Shown here piece after piece: positions 31,895 through 45,000 of a stretch of DNA of 64,000 bases. Source of the stretch: Minisyncoccota bacterium (GTDB taxonomy: Bacteria > Patescibacteriota > Minisyncoccia > Phycocordibacterales > JABAAK01). Below the pieces are notes generated by a model. The model did no database searches. It saw only the letters and a program-made list of their open reading frames with translations, and was not told the DNA's origin. Position 1 is the stretch's first letter. Every line of letters starts with the position of its first letter. Location: positions 557,942-621,941 of the forward strand of contig OZ244939.1 of NCBI GenBank assembly GCA_965222235.1, given 5' to 3'. A program made the position numbers and the translations under genes.

Positions 31895-33036
31895 GACACA
31901 CACTACATATATGCTGCTCCGGGATACTCATCGCCCTGATGTTTGTCTCCTCGTCTGCGGTTCATGCAGCCGGCGGCGCGGTCTTCTCTCTCAATATTGA
32001 GCCGGTTGATACGGGTCCGGTCAACCCGCCACCTGTGGTTGTTGATCCTCCAGATCCGCCTGTGGTTGTTGATCCTCCAGATCCGCCTGTGGTTGTTGAT
32101 CCTCCAGATCCGCCTGTGGTTGTTGATCCTCCAGATCCGCCTGTTGAGCAGCCGCCACCGCGCCGGAGAAGGTCGGGCGGTGGCGGAGAGCGGGCCAATT
32201 CATTCCTCGTGTTCAACGAGGTGCCGTCGCAGGTGACAGATCCGACAGCGTCCGCCATTCGGGAATTGGATCATCCGGAGAATGTGTTCAGTCCGCTGCC
32301 CGATACGGTTGTCCGTCCGGTATTTACCGTTGATCCTTCACTTGATGCCGGTGATCCGTTCCGCGATTCGGAGGAATTCATCGATGTCGTCCGTTCAGGT
32401 GTGCCGTTTACTCCCGGAAAGATAAGTTTTTTGTTTGCCGGCGGGTTTGTATACTCGCTCAAAAGCATCTCCGCGGTTACGATTTTGTTAACGACTCAGG
32501 TGTCATTCTTCGCCGCCGCCGCCCGCATGATATACATATTCTTCTCCAGACCGAATCCGTTTAATATTCAGTATGTGCCGGGCCGGCTGCTGCGCGTGAT
32601 AATATTGCTGCTCAGCGTCGCACTGTTTTTCACCATAGTGCTATTCGCCGGGAAAAATCTCATACCTACGCAGGGAGGTGTTCCGACAAGCATCCGCATT
32701 GAGCAGCAACTCAACGCCGCTACCTCCGCCGTGTACCGCCTGTTTGATCGTGACGGTGTTCCGGTATTTGAGCGACAGTACGACATTTCCTCCGGGAATC
32801 TGCGGAACGGTCTGTACGCTGATATTGTGTTCCCGCTGCCTGAAACAGTGTCATACGGTCCGCATAGTCTGCAGATTTCTTTCCTGGATGGCGGTGAGGA
32901 GTATGTATCCGGTAAATATCATTTCATACTGATTCCGGAAACACTCCACGCATTCTTCAGAACATTTGCGCTGTATCCCGAAACGGAGCGGATAGGAATA
33001 CCGGTGAACAGGCGTGATATACTGCGGAGTATATGA
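31891..33036 (+). CDS. Membrane/surface protein with (PPVVVDPPD)x4 repeat
   Basis: 27-bp tandem repeat at 32029-32136; TM helices. Confidence 0.65.
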   Translation: MRHTLHICCSGILIALMFVSSSAVHAAGGAVFSLNIEPVDTGPVNPPPVVVDPPDPPVVVDPPDPPVVVDPPDPPVVVDPPDPPVEQPPPRRRRSGGGGERANSFLVFNEVPSQVTDPTASAIRELDHPENVFSPLPDTVVRPVFTVDPSLDAGDPFRDSEEFIDVVRSGVPFTPGKISFLFAGGFVYSLKSISAVTILLTTQVSFFAAAARMIYIFFSRPNPFNIQYVPGRLLRVIILLLSVALFFTIVLFAGKNLIPTQGGVPTSIRIEQQLNAATSAVYRLFDRDGVPVFERQYDISSGNLRNGLYADIVFPLPETVSYGPHSLQISFLDGGEEYVSGKYHFILIPETLHAFFRTFALYPETERIGIPVNRRDILRSI

Positions 33037-33692
33037 TTGAAGGAGCCATTTTTATCATCATCATTATGCTCTCCGTGATTCTGCACGAGGTTGGGCACGG
33101 ATATTCGGCATACCTGCTCGGCGATCCGACCGCAAAAAACGAAGGCCGGCTGACGCTGAATCCGGTGCCGCATATTGATCTGTTCGGTACGGTGCTCCTC
33201 CCCGCCTTTCTCCTGTTTTTCAGCAACTTTATCTTCGGTTGGGCGAAACCGGTGCCGTACAATCCGTACAATCTGCGCGGAAGATTCGCCGAGGTGATCG
33301 TCGCGGCGGCCGGACCGCTCACCAATGTCGGCATTGCCGTTGTCGCCGCGGGCGTCATCAGGTTCTGGAGCGGCATGCCTGAGCCGTTCGCCGCACTGCT
33401 CCTCACTGTTATTTTCATAAATCTCTTTTTGGCGTTGCTGAACCTTCTTCCCATACCTCCGCTGGACGGCGCGAAAATTGTCTCATCCCTGCTGCCGGCA
33501 AGATGTCGTCTGATGCTGGAGCGGCGGTTTGAGCCGTTCCTGCACATGAACAACATCGCGCTCACCATCCTCACACTCATCCTCATCGCGTTCTTCCTAC
33601 TCGGGCCTATCAGCTCGGCGGTGAATGCCATGACCGCGTTCCTGGTGAACACCCATGTCCCCGCAGCGGTCGGCACGGTTGAGTCCGCATAG
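33033..33692 (+). CDS. Site-2 protease (M50)
   Basis: [20 protein letters not shown]. Confidence 0.9.
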   Translation: MIEGAIFIIIIMLSVILHEVGHGYSAYLLGDPTAKNEGRLTLNPVPHIDLFGTVLLPAFLLFFSNFIFGWAKPVPYNPYNLRGRFAEVIVAAAGPLTNVGIAVVAAGVIRFWSGMPEPFAALLLTVIFINLFLALLNLLPIPPLDGAKIVSSLLPARCRLMLERRFEPFLHMNNIALTILTLILIAFFLLGPISSAVNAMTAFLVNTHVPAAVGTVESA

Positions 33693-33739
33693 AGCCGTCT
33701 TGCAAAAAACACCGGATATATGCTACGTTGTTTATATAT

Positions 33740-34153
33740 ATGCCGACAATCAATCAGCTGACCAGAAAGAAACGGCTGCAAAGGCCTAAGAAAACCAAAA
33801 CCGCGGCATTGCGGCAGGGGTTCAATGCGGGCACCAACCGTACCACCTATTACTTCTCGCCGTTCAAGCGGGGCGTGTGCACGAAGGTGGGCACGAGAAA
33901 TCCGAGAAAGCCGAACTCGGCCATGAGAAAGATTGCCCGCGTCCGCCTGACCAACGGTATGGAGATTACAGCATACATTCCCGGAGAAGGGCACAACCTC
34001 CAGGAACACTCGGTGGTGCTCGTCCGCGGCGGCAGGGTGAAAGACATCGGTGTGAACTACACCATTGTGCGCGGCAAGCTGAACACAGACGGCGTCGCCG
34101 ATCGCAAGCGAGCGCGGAGCCGGTACGGCACGAAGAGACCGAAAGCGGCATAA
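33740..34153 (+). CDS. rpsL: 30S ribosomal protein S12
   Basis: [27 protein letters not shown]. Confidence 0.97.
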   Translation: MPTINQLTRKKRLQRPKKTKTAALRQGFNAGTNRTTYYFSPFKRGVCTKVGTRNPRKPNSAMRKIARVRLTNGMEITAYIPGEGHNLQEHSVVLVRGGRVKDIGVNYTIVRGKLNTDGVADRKRARSRYGTKRPKAA

Positions 34154-34162
34154 CATACATAT

Positions 34163-34630
34163 ATGAGACGACCGCTGAAAAAAAAGAGAACACTGGGCCA
34201 GGATATGAAATACAATTCCGTAAAAGTTGAGCGGCTCATCAACTATGTCATGAAGCGCGGCAAGAAAAACACTGCGAGAAAAATTGTGTATCAGGCATTT
34301 GACGAGATACAGAAGATGGAGGATAAGGATCCGATGCTCGTGTTTGAGGAGGCGCTGCAGAAGGTCGGACCGCTGATGGAGCTGCGGTCAAGACGGGTCG
34401 GCGGCGCAAACTATCAGATACCGCAGGAGGTCTCCATTGACCGCCACCTCGTTCTCGCACTCCGCTGGATTCTGCGCGCGGCGAAGGACCGAAAGGGCGC
34501 GCCTATGCATCAGCGGCTCGCACGGGAAATCGTTGACGCGAGCAAGAATGAGGGGGCGGCCGTTGTGCGGCGTGAGAACACGCAGAAGATGGCGGAGGCA
34601 AACCGCGCATTCGCGCATCTTGCGTGGTAG
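34163..34630 (+). CDS. rpsG: 30S ribosomal protein S7
   Basis: RRVGGANYQIP, MAEANRAFAH. Confidence 0.97.
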   Translation: MRRPLKKKRTLGQDMKYNSVKVERLINYVMKRGKKNTARKIVYQAFDEIQKMEDKDPMLVFEEALQKVGPLMELRSRRVGGANYQIPQEVSIDRHLVLALRWILRAAKDRKGAPMHQRLAREIVDASKNEGAAVVRRENTQKMAEANRAFAHLAW

Positions 34631-34654
34631 TAGCGCTGGTATACTGAAAAGCAT

Positions 34655-36820
34655 ATGTCGCAAACACGGGATTATCCATTAGAAAAGGTACGAAACTTCG
34701 GTATTATCGCACATATTGACGCCGGCAAAACAACGACCACCGAGCGTGTTCTCTTCTATACCGGTGTTTCCCACAAGATCGGCGAGGTGCACGAGGGCGC
34801 CGCGGTAATGGACTGGATGGAGCAGGAACGGGAGCGCGGCATCACCATCACCTCCGCGGCGACAACCTGTTTCTGGGTGCCGACACAGTACAAAGGAGAC
34901 AGGGCACACAGCTATCAGTTCAATATCATAGACACACCGGGGCATGTGGACTTCACCGCGGAAGTTGAGCGGTCGCTCAAGGTGCTTGACGGCGGCGTTG
35001 TCGTCTTTGACGGTGTCGCCGGCGTGGAGCCGCAGTCCGAGACAGTGTGGCGGCAGGCGGACAAGTACCGCGTGCCGAGAATCTGTTTTATCAACAAACT
35101 GGACAGGACAGGCGCAAGCTTTCAGGGGTCATTTGAAAGTATCCTCAGCCGTCTTACACCGAACGCCTTCTGCATGCAGCTGCCGATCGGCGGGGAGGAT
35201 AAGCTGAAGGGCATCGTTGATCTGCTCACCATGCGGGCGCACTACTTTGAGGGCGACATGGGATCGGTCATTCGCGAGGATGATATTCCCGAGGATATGA
35301 AGGCGGACGCGGAAGAAGCCCGCGCTCATCTTATCGAAAAGGTGGCGGATGCTGACGATGCAATCGCGGAGAAGTATCTCGGCGGCGAGGATTTGTCCGT
35401 TGAGGAGCTGCAGCGGGCAATTCGCGCCGGCACTATCAAAAACAGGCTATTTCCGGTTTTCACGGGATCCGCACTCAAAAACACCGGGGTGCAGCTGGTG
35501 CTTGACGCGGTAGTCGCCTATCTGCCGGCTCCGACGGATATACCGCCGGTTACGGGAACGCATCCGAAAGATGAGAGTGTGAAGCTTGAGCGGAAGGCGT
35601 CGGATGACGAGCCGTTCGCCGCGCTGGTGTTCAAGCTGCAGACGGATCCGTTCGTCGGCCAGCTGGCGTTCTTCCGGGTGTACTCGGGAATACTCAACGC
35701 CGGCTCATATATATACAACGCGCGGACACAGTCCAAGGAGCGGATCGGGAGAATCGTGCGGCTGCACGCCGATGAGCGCGAGGAGGTAAAAACGGTCTAT
35801 GCCGGTGAGATAGCGGCGGCGGTCGGACTGAAGGAGGCAAAGACATCCGATACGCTCTGTGACGAAAAAGAGCCCATTGAGCTGGAAAAAATCATATTCC
35901 CCGAGCCGGTGATTCAGTTGCGCATTGAGCCGAAGACGAGAGCCGACCAGGAAAAAATGGGCGTCGCGCTCTCCAAGCTCGCCGATGAGGATCCGACATT
36001 CCGCGTCTACACCGACGCTGAGACGGTGGAGACCATCATCGCCGGCATGGGCGAGCTGCATCTTGATATCATTGTCGACCGCATGAAGCGGGAGTTCAAT
36101 GTGGAGGCGAATGTCGGTCAGCCGCAGGTCGCGTATCGCGAGACACTGCGCAGCGAGGCGGATGTGGAGGAGAAATATATCAAACAGACCGGAGGCCGCG
36201 GGCAGTACGGCCATGTGAAGATGAAGGTGATGCCGATGCCGGAGATGACAGAGGAGGAAATTGCCGGTCTGCCGAAGAATGTGAAGCACACGCCGACATT
36301 CATGTTTACAAACAGCATCAAAGGAGGCGTTATCCCTCAGGAATACATTCCCGCGGTGGAGAAAGGAATCAAAGAGGCGATGAACCGTGGCGTCTACGCG
36401 GGGTACCCCATGGTTAATATCGCGGTTAATCTCTACGACGGCTCATACCACGAAGTTGACTCGTCGGAAATTGCGTTCAAAATCGCGGCGTCGCTGGCAT
36501 TTCAGGAGGGCTCAAGGAGGGCGAACCCCACGCTGCTTGAACCGATGATGAGCGTGGAAGTTATCGTTCCCGAGGAGAATATGGGCGATGTGAACGGCGA
36601 TCTCTCATCCCGACGCGGGCAGGTGGAAGGTATGGAGGACAGGGGCATGCTCAAGGCGATACGGGCGAAAGTGCCGCTCGCCGAGCTCTTCGGCTACACG
36701 ACGAACCTCCGTTCCATTACCGGCGGACGGGGGACATCAACCATGGAGTTTTCACACTATGCCGAAGTGCCGCAGAATGTCGCGGAGGAGGTTATCAAAA
36801 AGCGGACGGGGCGGGGATAG
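34655..36820 (+). CDS. fusA: Elongation factor G (tuf does not follow)
   Basis: [26 protein letters not shown]. Confidence 0.97.
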   Translation: MSQTRDYPLEKVRNFGIIAHIDAGKTTTTERVLFYTGVSHKIGEVHEGAAVMDWMEQERERGITITSAATTCFWVPTQYKGDRAHSYQFNIIDTPGHVDFTAEVERSLKVLDGGVVVFDGVAGVEPQSETVWRQADKYRVPRICFINKLDRTGASFQGSFESILSRLTPNAFCMQLPIGGEDKLKGIVDLLTMRAHYFEGDMGSVIREDDIPEDMKADAEEARAHLIEKVADADDAIAEKYLGGEDLSVEELQRAIRAGTIKNRLFPVFTGSALKNTGVQLVLDAVVAYLPAPTDIPPVTGTHPKDESVKLERKASDDEPFAALVFKLQTDPFVGQLAFFRVYSGILNAGSYIYNARTQSKERIGRIVRLHADEREEVKTVYAGEIAAAVGLKEAKTSDTLCDEKEPIELEKIIFPEPVIQLRIEPKTRADQEKMGVALSKLADEDPTFRVYTDAETVETIIAGMGELHLDIIVDRMKREFNVEANVGQPQVAYRETLRSEADVEEKYIKQTGGRGQYGHVKMKVMPMPEMTEEEIAGLPKNVKHTPTFMFTNSIKGGVIPQEYIPAVEKGIKEAMNRGVYAGYPMVNIAVNLYDGSYHEVDSSEIAFKIAASLAFQEGSRRANPTLLEPMMSVEVIVPEENMGDVNGDLSSRRGQVEGMEDRGMLKAIRAKVPLAELFGYTTNLRSITGGRGTSTMEFSHYAEVPQNVAEEVIKKRTGRG

Positions 36821-36827
36821 AAATCCG

Positions 36828-37553
36828 TTACAGCACTCCGATAAAGAATGAGCCGACAAAGAAAGCGACGGCGCCCGCGACAGTACCGACGAAAAGAACT
36901 TCGGCAACAGCGCGTACCGTGTGCTCTTTGGTGACGGAGCTGCGCACGATGCCGAGTACGGTAAGTGCGGCACCGGCACCGAGCACTGACAGGAAAAATG
37001 CATGTTCCGGCGAATCAGTATATATGAAGGGAATAATGGGGATACATCCGAATGCAACAAACGCCACGAACATATAGATTGATTTTTTTATTATCCCCTC
37101 ATCCGCAATCGGCAGCAGATACAGTTTCTCCCGCAGCAGGAAAGAAACCCAGTAGGTGTTGTTTCTGCTGTACGCGTCGGCGACCGTCGCAGCGTCCTTC
37201 CCGGAGAACCCCCGACGCCGTAGCAGGCGGACCGTTTCCTCGGTGCTCCGCGCGGCATTCTGCCGTACCGTATTCAGTTCCTTGTCCCGCGACAGCATAT
37301 ACAGTTTCTTTTCCGAACGCAGTGAAAGAAAATTCCCGAACCCCATTGATACGCCGTCCGCGAACAGGTTGGCGAGGCCGAACAGCACCACCACGCCGAC
37401 CGACAGAGACAGTACCGTCTCGGCGTTCAGATGCGCGCCCGAGAAGCCGGAGACGACGGCGAATGTGGTGACAATGCCGTCAATGCCGCCGTACACGATT
37501 TCACGGATCGCCGGCGGATTGGCGTGTGCAATCTCGGGTGTTTCTTGATTCAT
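36828..37553 (-). CDS. VIT1/CCC1 family transporter
   Basis: IVYGGIDGIVTTFAVVSG, ANLFADGVSMG. Confidence 0.9.
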   Translation of the reverse strand: MNQETPEIAHANPPAIREIVYGGIDGIVTTFAVVSGFSGAHLNAETVLSLSVGVVVLFGLANLFADGVSMGFGNFLSLRSEKKLYMLSRDKELNTVRQNAARSTEETVRLLRRRGFSGKDAATVADAYSRNNTYWVSFLLREKLYLLPIADEGIIKKSIYMFVAFVAFGCIPIIPFIYTDSPEHAFFLSVLGAGAALTVLGIVRSSVTKEHTVRAVAEVLFVGTVAGAVAFFVGSFFIGVL

Positions 37554-37623
37554 ATATATAACAGGTATATCATACCGGGCGTAGGGCGAATGTGGTACCA
37601 TACCCCCGGCAGTAACATACAAT

Positions 37624-37986
37624 ATGAATGAAATGCAAAAAACGGAGCAATATATTTCCCACCATGTACTTTCCGTCATGGCGCTTGATAAAAAGATATT
37701 CTATGTCTGCATCGGGCTGGGGGGTGCCGTCATCTGGCTCTGTGTGTTCAAAACGGGATTCGTCGCTAAGCCGCTGTTGCTGGTTTTTTTCTCTGTTGTT
37801 TCACTGACATTCGTGCTCACCGCCGTGTCGGTGCTGCTCAATCTCTCGGCATACAGAAAGGAGAAAGAGGCGGGGCGGGTATCCGCGAAACGCGACGGAT
37901 TCATAACAGCAGTCCGCTCCCTGTATATCATCGGCATCATCGCGTCGCTGGTGCTCGCGATACTGATTTACGCGTTTAATATTTAA
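37624..37986 (+). CDS. Hypothetical 3-TM protein
   Basis: Hydrophobic ORF. Confidence 0.5.
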   Translation: MNEMQKTEQYISHHVLSVMALDKKIFYVCIGLGGAVIWLCVFKTGFVAKPLLLVFFSVVSLTFVLTAVSVLLNLSAYRKEKEAGRVSAKRDGFITAVRSLYIIGIIASLVLAILIYAFNI

Positions 37987-38084
37987 TATCGCTGCCGGTG
38001 CATGTTGATATATTCCCGGCGACGGGGCACACTGTTCTGCGGAGCACGACTCCGTATGCATACCAATAAGGGAGGCAGGTTCTG

Positions 38085-38753
38085 ATGAATGAAGAACATA
38101 TCGCGATTTCCGTTCTTGAAGACATCGGCGCGGTAATTACTGGCCATTTTGTCTATCGATCCGGCAAACACGGCATGATGTATCTCAACAAAGACATCGT
38201 TTCCGTATATCTGGACGAACTGTCGCTGTTGTGCCGGTCCGTCTCCGGTCATTTTGCGTCCGCCGATGTGGAGGTGGTTGTCGCTCCGGCGGTCGGGGGA
38301 GTAGCACTCTCCCAGATGGTCGCCGTTCACCTCAATGGTATGGGATCGCGCAGGGTGTACAGCATCTATGCCGAAAAATGTCATGGGGAGCATGACGAAC
38401 CTCTGGTGATAAAGCACCGGTTCCACACCTTTCGGTTCAGGAGTGCACACAGGTCCCTTATCGCCGGCAGAAAAGTGCTCGTAGTTGAGGATGTGCTCAC
38501 CACCGGCGGCTCTGCGCGGAAAGTGGTCAGTCTGGTGCGGGCACACGGCGGCGATGTCGTCGGTCTCGGTGCCATTCTTAACCGCGGCAAAGTCACTGCG
38601 CAGGTTGTCGGCGTTCCCGAGCTCTACGCCGTTATCACGATGAAATCGGATCAGTGGGATATGTGGGATGCGGAGGAGTGTCCGCTCTGCAGGCAGGATG
38701 TGCCGGTCAATACAGATGTCGGCTACGGACAGGAGTTTCTTTCATCCCGGTAG
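38085..38753 (+). CDS. pyrE: Orotate phosphoribosyltransferase-like PRTase
   Basis: GHFVYRSGKH, VLVVEDVLTTGGS. Confidence 0.75.
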   Translation: MNEEHIAISVLEDIGAVITGHFVYRSGKHGMMYLNKDIVSVYLDELSLLCRSVSGHFASADVEVVVAPAVGGVALSQMVAVHLNGMGSRRVYSIYAEKCHGEHDEPLVIKHRFHTFRFRSAHRSLIAGRKVLVVEDVLTTGGSARKVVSLVRAHGGDVVGLGAILNRGKVTAQVVGVPELYAVITMKSDQWDMWDAEECPLCRQDVPVNTDVGYGQEFLSSR

Positions 38754-38776
38754 AAAAATCCGTAACAGTATTCCGA

Positions 38777-38808
38777 CTCGCCGCTCCTGTGCGGCGGGTC
38801 TTTTTCTT
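38777..38808 (+). terminator. Intrinsic terminator
   Basis: ctcgccgc-tcctgt-gcggcggg followed by a T-rich run. Confidence 0.65.
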
Positions 38809-39029
38809 GCGACAGGTGGGCGTGAAACATATCACACCACCTCCGGAGATGTGCTGTAATAGGATTCAGATGACATAGGGATGGTTGGTGATATAGGGGT
38901 GTTATTACGTGTGACGGGTATAATGTGGAAATCATAGGTGGGCGGGGGGGGGGGTAGTATATACTATAATCGTAGTCGTGGTTTATGAATATTTTTTCTT
39001 ATTCATGATTGTATACTATCTATATTGTT

Positions 39030-42000
39030 ATGCATAGAAACTGTACCAAAATTTTTATACCAAACGGTGTTCATCGCACTAAAATAAGTGTTCCCTTACT
39101 TTTACTCTTCTCTCTCTTTGTTTTCCTATTGGTGATGCCGGTTTTTGCCGCTGACCCTGACCCCGAAGCTGCTCTGACTGTTGATCTTGTGGCAAGTTCA
39201 GATACCGGTGACAGCGACACCGATGATATAACACAGGATCACACACCCACGATTCTTGTCAGTCGTGGCGGAGGTCTTGAGGCATCGTATACCATTACCG
39301 TCAGCGCGTCAAAAGTAGACGCGACAGATGTTGTTGCGACCAGAGACGGTACGGGTGAGGTGACACTCGGTACCTTGTCGGACGGCATATGGACTATCAG
39401 TGCGCAAGCCGTCGATAGCTCATCATCAACAACGATAACGACAACACAGGAGGATTTGCTTGAGATAACAATTGAGAACTTTTTGACCGTTGATCTTGTG
39501 GCAGGTTCAGATACCGGTGACAGCGACACCGATGATGTAACAGGTGACCACACACCCACAATTCTTGTCAGTAGTTTCACAGATCTTGATGCATCATATG
39601 CCGTTACCGTCACCGCGCGACAGACGGATGCGACAAATGATGCGGAAGATGTTGTTGCGACCAGAGACGGTACGGGTGAGGTGACACTCGGCACCTTGTC
39701 GGACGGCATATGGACTATCAGTGCGCAAGCCGTCGATAGCTCATCAACAACAACGGTAACGACAATACAGGAGGATTTGCTTGAGATAAGAATTACTTCT
39801 GAGAACTTTTTGACTGTTGATCTTGTGGCAGGTTCAGATACCGGTGACAGCGACACCGATGATATAACAAAGGACAATACACCCACGATTCTTGTCAGTA
39901 GTGTCACAGATCTTGACGAATCGTACACCGTTACCGTCACCGCGCGACAGACGGATGCGGCAGATGTTGTTGCAACCAGAGCGGGTCCAGGTGAGGTGAC
40001 ACTCGGCACCTTGTCGGGCGGCGTATGGACTATCAGCGCGGAAGCTGTCAAGAGTGAAGACGTAGGAACGATAACGACGGATTTGGGGGTTGTGAAACCG
40101 GTCGTGAGAAAAACAGTGGTATTGACGCGGGAGTCGCTTGAGATAACAATTATTGATCTGATCATTGATCTTGTGGCAGGTTCAGATACCGGTATCAGCA
40201 GCACCGATGATGCAACCTGCGACGAAACACCCACGATTCGCGTCAGTGGTGCTCCCGGCGCGGGTCTTGACGAATCGTACACCGTTACCGTCACCGCACG
40301 AAGAGGGGGTTTGAAAGATGTTGTTGCAACCAGAGCGGGTCCAGGTGAGGTGACACTCGGCACCTTGGCGAATGATGGCGTATGGACTATCAGCGCAGAA
40401 GCTGTCAAAGGTTCATCAACGTTAATGTCACACCAGCCGCTTGAGATAAGCATTACTCGGTCGTCGCCTTCAGTGGAATTGGAGTGTGGAGTCAAAGAAC
40501 GATTTTCGTTACGACTTAAAGGTAGTTCAGATACCGGTCCTCTTGGTGCTGGCATAACTTCTGATACCACTCCCACATTTGTTGTTGAGGGAGTAGATTC
40601 GTATGCCGTTACCGTCACCGCACAAAAAGCGGGCTTGGAAGATGTTGTTGCAACCAGAGTTGGTAGAGGTGAGGTGACACTCGGTGTCAGTACCATCCTT
40701 TCTGCCCAGACAGCCGGCGACTGGAGTGCACTGGTAAGTAAGTTCACTACAACCACCTCAGATACTCTGACTGAGAGCACGTCAGTCTACACTGCTACAG
40801 ACACTGATGGAGATGGGGAAGCTGACACACTGACTCCGACATTTTCTGGTACGGCTGCCGAGGGTTCTGTTGTGCAGGTTGTCCTTGAGCGGAACGGGTA
40901 CAGTGTTTCAGTGCGTACTACTGCTAACCCGGATGGTACCTATTCTACTGTTGTGCCGCTTGCAGAAGCGACTAGTGTAGTTGGTGAGGGCCTGGAAAAC
41001 GGTGTCTGGTCAGTTACCGCTAAGAGCGTTAATGGCGAGACAACGGTCGCTACCGCGACCATGGAGATAACGATCATCGCTAACCCGGCCATTGCAGTCG
41101 ACCTCAAAAAAGATTCGGACACCGGTATAAGCGCGTATGATAATGTGACATTTGATGTTACACCCACATTTTCCATTATCGGTCTCACGATTCCCACTGA
41201 TACGGTAACTGTTATAGCAACCAACGGTCTGAAATCTGTACTTAAAACAGTGGAGGGTAACAGTGATTTCATCTTTCCTAATTCTTTTAATATCCCTTCC
41301 AACGAAATAGGCGGTGACTGGAAGGTCAAGGTCAGCGGAGCGACCAATGTATTCGACCATACGCTTAATTCAGATAGTGTTTTCACCTATACTGCCCCGG
41401 CAGTCAGTCTTGACCGATACCAAGCCGATCCCACGAACACCCAAGTACCTCTGCCTCCCGCCGAGGAGGGCGATACTGTTCCTCCCGGTCAGCGATATCC
41501 GAAGCCTATGTTTTCTGGCACAGCTCCCGTCAACGCGCCGATAGAGTTTGTCTTTGAGAAAGGAAGGTATTCATTTACCGCTACTGCTGTCGCTGATTCG
41601 GGCTGCCAATACGTCTCCAATGATGCTTACTCAAGGTGTGAATACACCATTGTTGCTCCGCTTAAAAATGCTATTGACTTGCTGTCTGAAGAAAATTTTG
41701 AAGGTATTGTAATACCCAGTACCATTCCTTCTGATCAGACAGGCGGCAACTGGAATGCTGTGGTGAGCGGAGCGACCACGGTCTCCTCGCAGACCCTGAG
41801 CGCTGACAACACGTTTGTTTACACCGCCACGGACGCTGGTAATGACGGGGTAGCCGACGATCTGAATCCGACATTTTCCGGTAGGGCTCCCGTCGGTTCT
41901 TTTGTGCGGTTTATTCTTAAGCGGAACGGGTACAGCGTTTCATTTGGTGATATTGTTGACTATAATGGCAGATATTCTATTGATGCGCCGCTTAAAAATG

Positions 42001-45000
42001 CGAGCAGTGACAGTCGCAGTAGTTTCGGGGCGGGTGTGTGGTCTATTTCCGCGGAGGGTACGGATTCAGCCGGCAACGACCTGTCTGCAGATCTTGATGT
42101 GACCGTTGTATCCGTCACACCTACGCGAATACCGATTAATCTTGATCCCCTTGCTATTGAGCGTCCAAGTGCAGATATAATAACAAGATATGTTACGCCT
42201 GATACTACGCCTGAATTTATCATAACCAACTTTCAGTCTGACACGATGCGTCGGGCGTCAATCGTCGCGAGAAAAAACGGTTCACCAACTGTTTCCAGAA
42301 GTATTAACAGCAACGGAATTTTTACGCTCTCCGATGCCCCTTTGGCGGACGGTGTTTGGTCTGTCGTTTTCCGATACGCTGACAGCAGACTCTTGTCAAA
42401 TAACATAGAAGATAAACTCTTTCTTGAGGTCACTGTTGACACCGGATTAGTGCTGCCAACCTTTAAACTGAAGACAACCTCCGACACAGGCGAAGATGAC
42501 ACCGATGGCCTGACATCTGACACCACGCCCACATTCACCATTGAGGGTATTCCGTCCGAGACTGTTGTTACTGTTACCGCTGAAAATATTGATGACGGGT
42601 CTGATGCCGTCACAAAAAGTATAACAGGCAGCGGCGATGTGACACTTGATTTAGAAGATTATAAAACATATGTCGTCACCGCGCGCACCCTGTTGGGCTG
42701 GAATCAGGAAATTGAGATAGGTATCGACAGCTTTTTCTACGGTCCCAATATTTCTCTTCATGAGTATTCGGACACAGGCGTGAGTAGCACCGACGGGATA
42801 ACGAATGATTCCACGCCGAAAATTACCGTTGCCGGTCTTTTTGCGCCGACAGGGACCGTAACGGTAACCGCGGCCAAAGCCGATTCATCGGGAGAAAATG
42901 TTGTTGCCACGAGAGCCGGCAGCGGTGATGTGACGCTCGGCGTTATTCCTCTCAGTCGGACAGCCGGCGATTGGAATGCCGTAGTGAGCGGAGCGACCAC
43001 GGTCTCCTCGCAGACTCTGAACGCTGACAATACATTTGTTTACACTGCCGCGGACGCTGATAGTGACGGGGAAGCTGACACGCTGATTCCGACATTTTCC
43101 GGTGCGGCTCCCGTTGATTCTATTGTGTGGTTTACCCTTGAGCGGGACGGATACAGTGTTTTGTTCGGTACTGTTGTCCGCGCGGACGGCACCTATTCCG
43201 TTGTCGCGCCGCTTGAAGAGGCGGTTAACGAAGAAAGCCGTTTGTCGGACGGTCTCTGGTTTATCTTCGCGTCAGGTCCTGATTTTTCAGATAACGGTGC
43301 AGTGTTCACCACAGAAACCATCAAAGTGACAGTCGTCACCGAGCCAGCATTGACGCTTGACCTTGATGAGGATTCAGATACGGGCGCGGACAACAGTGAT
43401 CATCTGACATCCGACAACACGCCGACCATTATTCTCAGCGGCTCCATCCCCGATACTACCAATCTAAAATTAACCGCGCGTCAATCGGGATCGCCTGATA
43501 GGATTCTCGGCAGTCCGAGCGGTTCCGAATTCACTGTCGGTGCTGCAAGTTCGATCCTAGAACCCAAAGAGAAGATTGGATCTGTTTTTTGTTCTTTCGA
43601 GTGGAGGGTTAAAACACACGGAGCAATTACGGTATCCTACGGTAGTGGTCCAACCACCCATGAACTTACTCCTGAACAAGGAGGTAAAAGTTCTTTCACC
43701 TACCACCCCGCCTCCGCATGCAGCACCGGTGCTCTTAGTCCTGTGCTGACCGGTACCGCCCTTCCCGGCTCACTCGTTGCCTTTACCTTTACCTATAACG
43801 GGTACAGTATCACATCTGTCACCACCGCCGATGCCAGCGGTAGCTATTCTACTGATTCCATCATTCTTGCAGATGCAGGGAGAAGTTTTGTCAGCCACCA
43901 TCTTTACCAGAGGGTTTCCCATTTAATTGAGCCGCTTACAGACGGTGTGTGGTCTATAACAGCGGAAGCGGAAGCCGATACCGGTACAAATATAGATATA
44001 GCCGGCAATGTAATAACACCGGTAACTATTGATATATCTATTGATACTACGGCACCGACTCTGGTCTCACTCGGGACGCCGGATGTTTCAACCGAGCGAC
44101 AGGTAACACTGTCGCTTGTCGCGACGCACAATCAGCACAGCAGCTACGCGGATCTACCTGAAACACTGCGGCCGATCTTCGGCGGCGACTGTTCAGACTT
44201 TGCAGCAGACACTGACTGGACAGATAGCACGCCGGCGGACGGGGAGGCAAACACATACGGGGTGACTGTTCCCGCGAGAGGTCTTTATGATGCCTGCACA
44301 GTGAAACTTGTTGACGGATTGGGAAATGAGAGCAATACACTCACTTTTGATGCATTCACCGTCAGTCGCGGTGGTGACAGTGGTAGTAGCGGTGGTAGTA
44401 GCGGTGGTAGTAGCGGTGGTAGTAGCGGTGGTAGTAGCGGTGGTAGTAGTGGTGGTAGTAGTAGCGGTGGTAGTGGTGGCAGTGGTAGTGGTGGCAGTGA
44501 TAGCAACAACAGCGCAGCGGGTGACAGTCGTAGAGGCGGCGGTATTCCGTATATCGGGTATTCCGGCAGTCATCGTGACAACTTCTGGGCCCCTTCATTA
44601 GATCTTACGTTTAGTCAACAGGGACTGCACGGGCAATCAGTCACACCCGCACTGCCTGTAATAACGGAGTCGTACCGCAAGCGGCGTATTGAGGAGATCA
44701 AGCTGCTTATTGAGGAAATCAAGTCAAAACTGCAGCAGTATCTCAAAGAGAGTAAATCACCCCTGCCCGCAACACCACCGGCCTTCATCAGAGATCTCGG
44801 TATCGGTTCAACGGGTGAAGATGTACGACGACTGCAAGTTTTTCTCAATCAAAACAATCACCCTCTGGCTGAAGCGGGACATGGTTCTCCGGGAAGTGAG
44901 ACAGCCTACTACGGCATCAGAACACGGGCGGCGAAAGAACGGTATCAAAAGACGCACGGCATACAGCCGACAGTTGAGTACGGTCACTTCGGAGCTGCCA

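Noticed and set aside
32029-32136. 27-bp tandem repeat as a CRISPR array
   Set aside because: No spacers, in-frame Pro-rich coding repeat, no cas genes
39239-40780. 513-aa antisense ORF and similar shadow ORFs
   Set aside because: Mirror frames of repetitive or GC-rich sense genes; no motifs
44382-44497. 12-bp repeat as a contingency switch
   Set aside because: The unit is a multiple of 3, so changes would only alter Gly/Ser linker length
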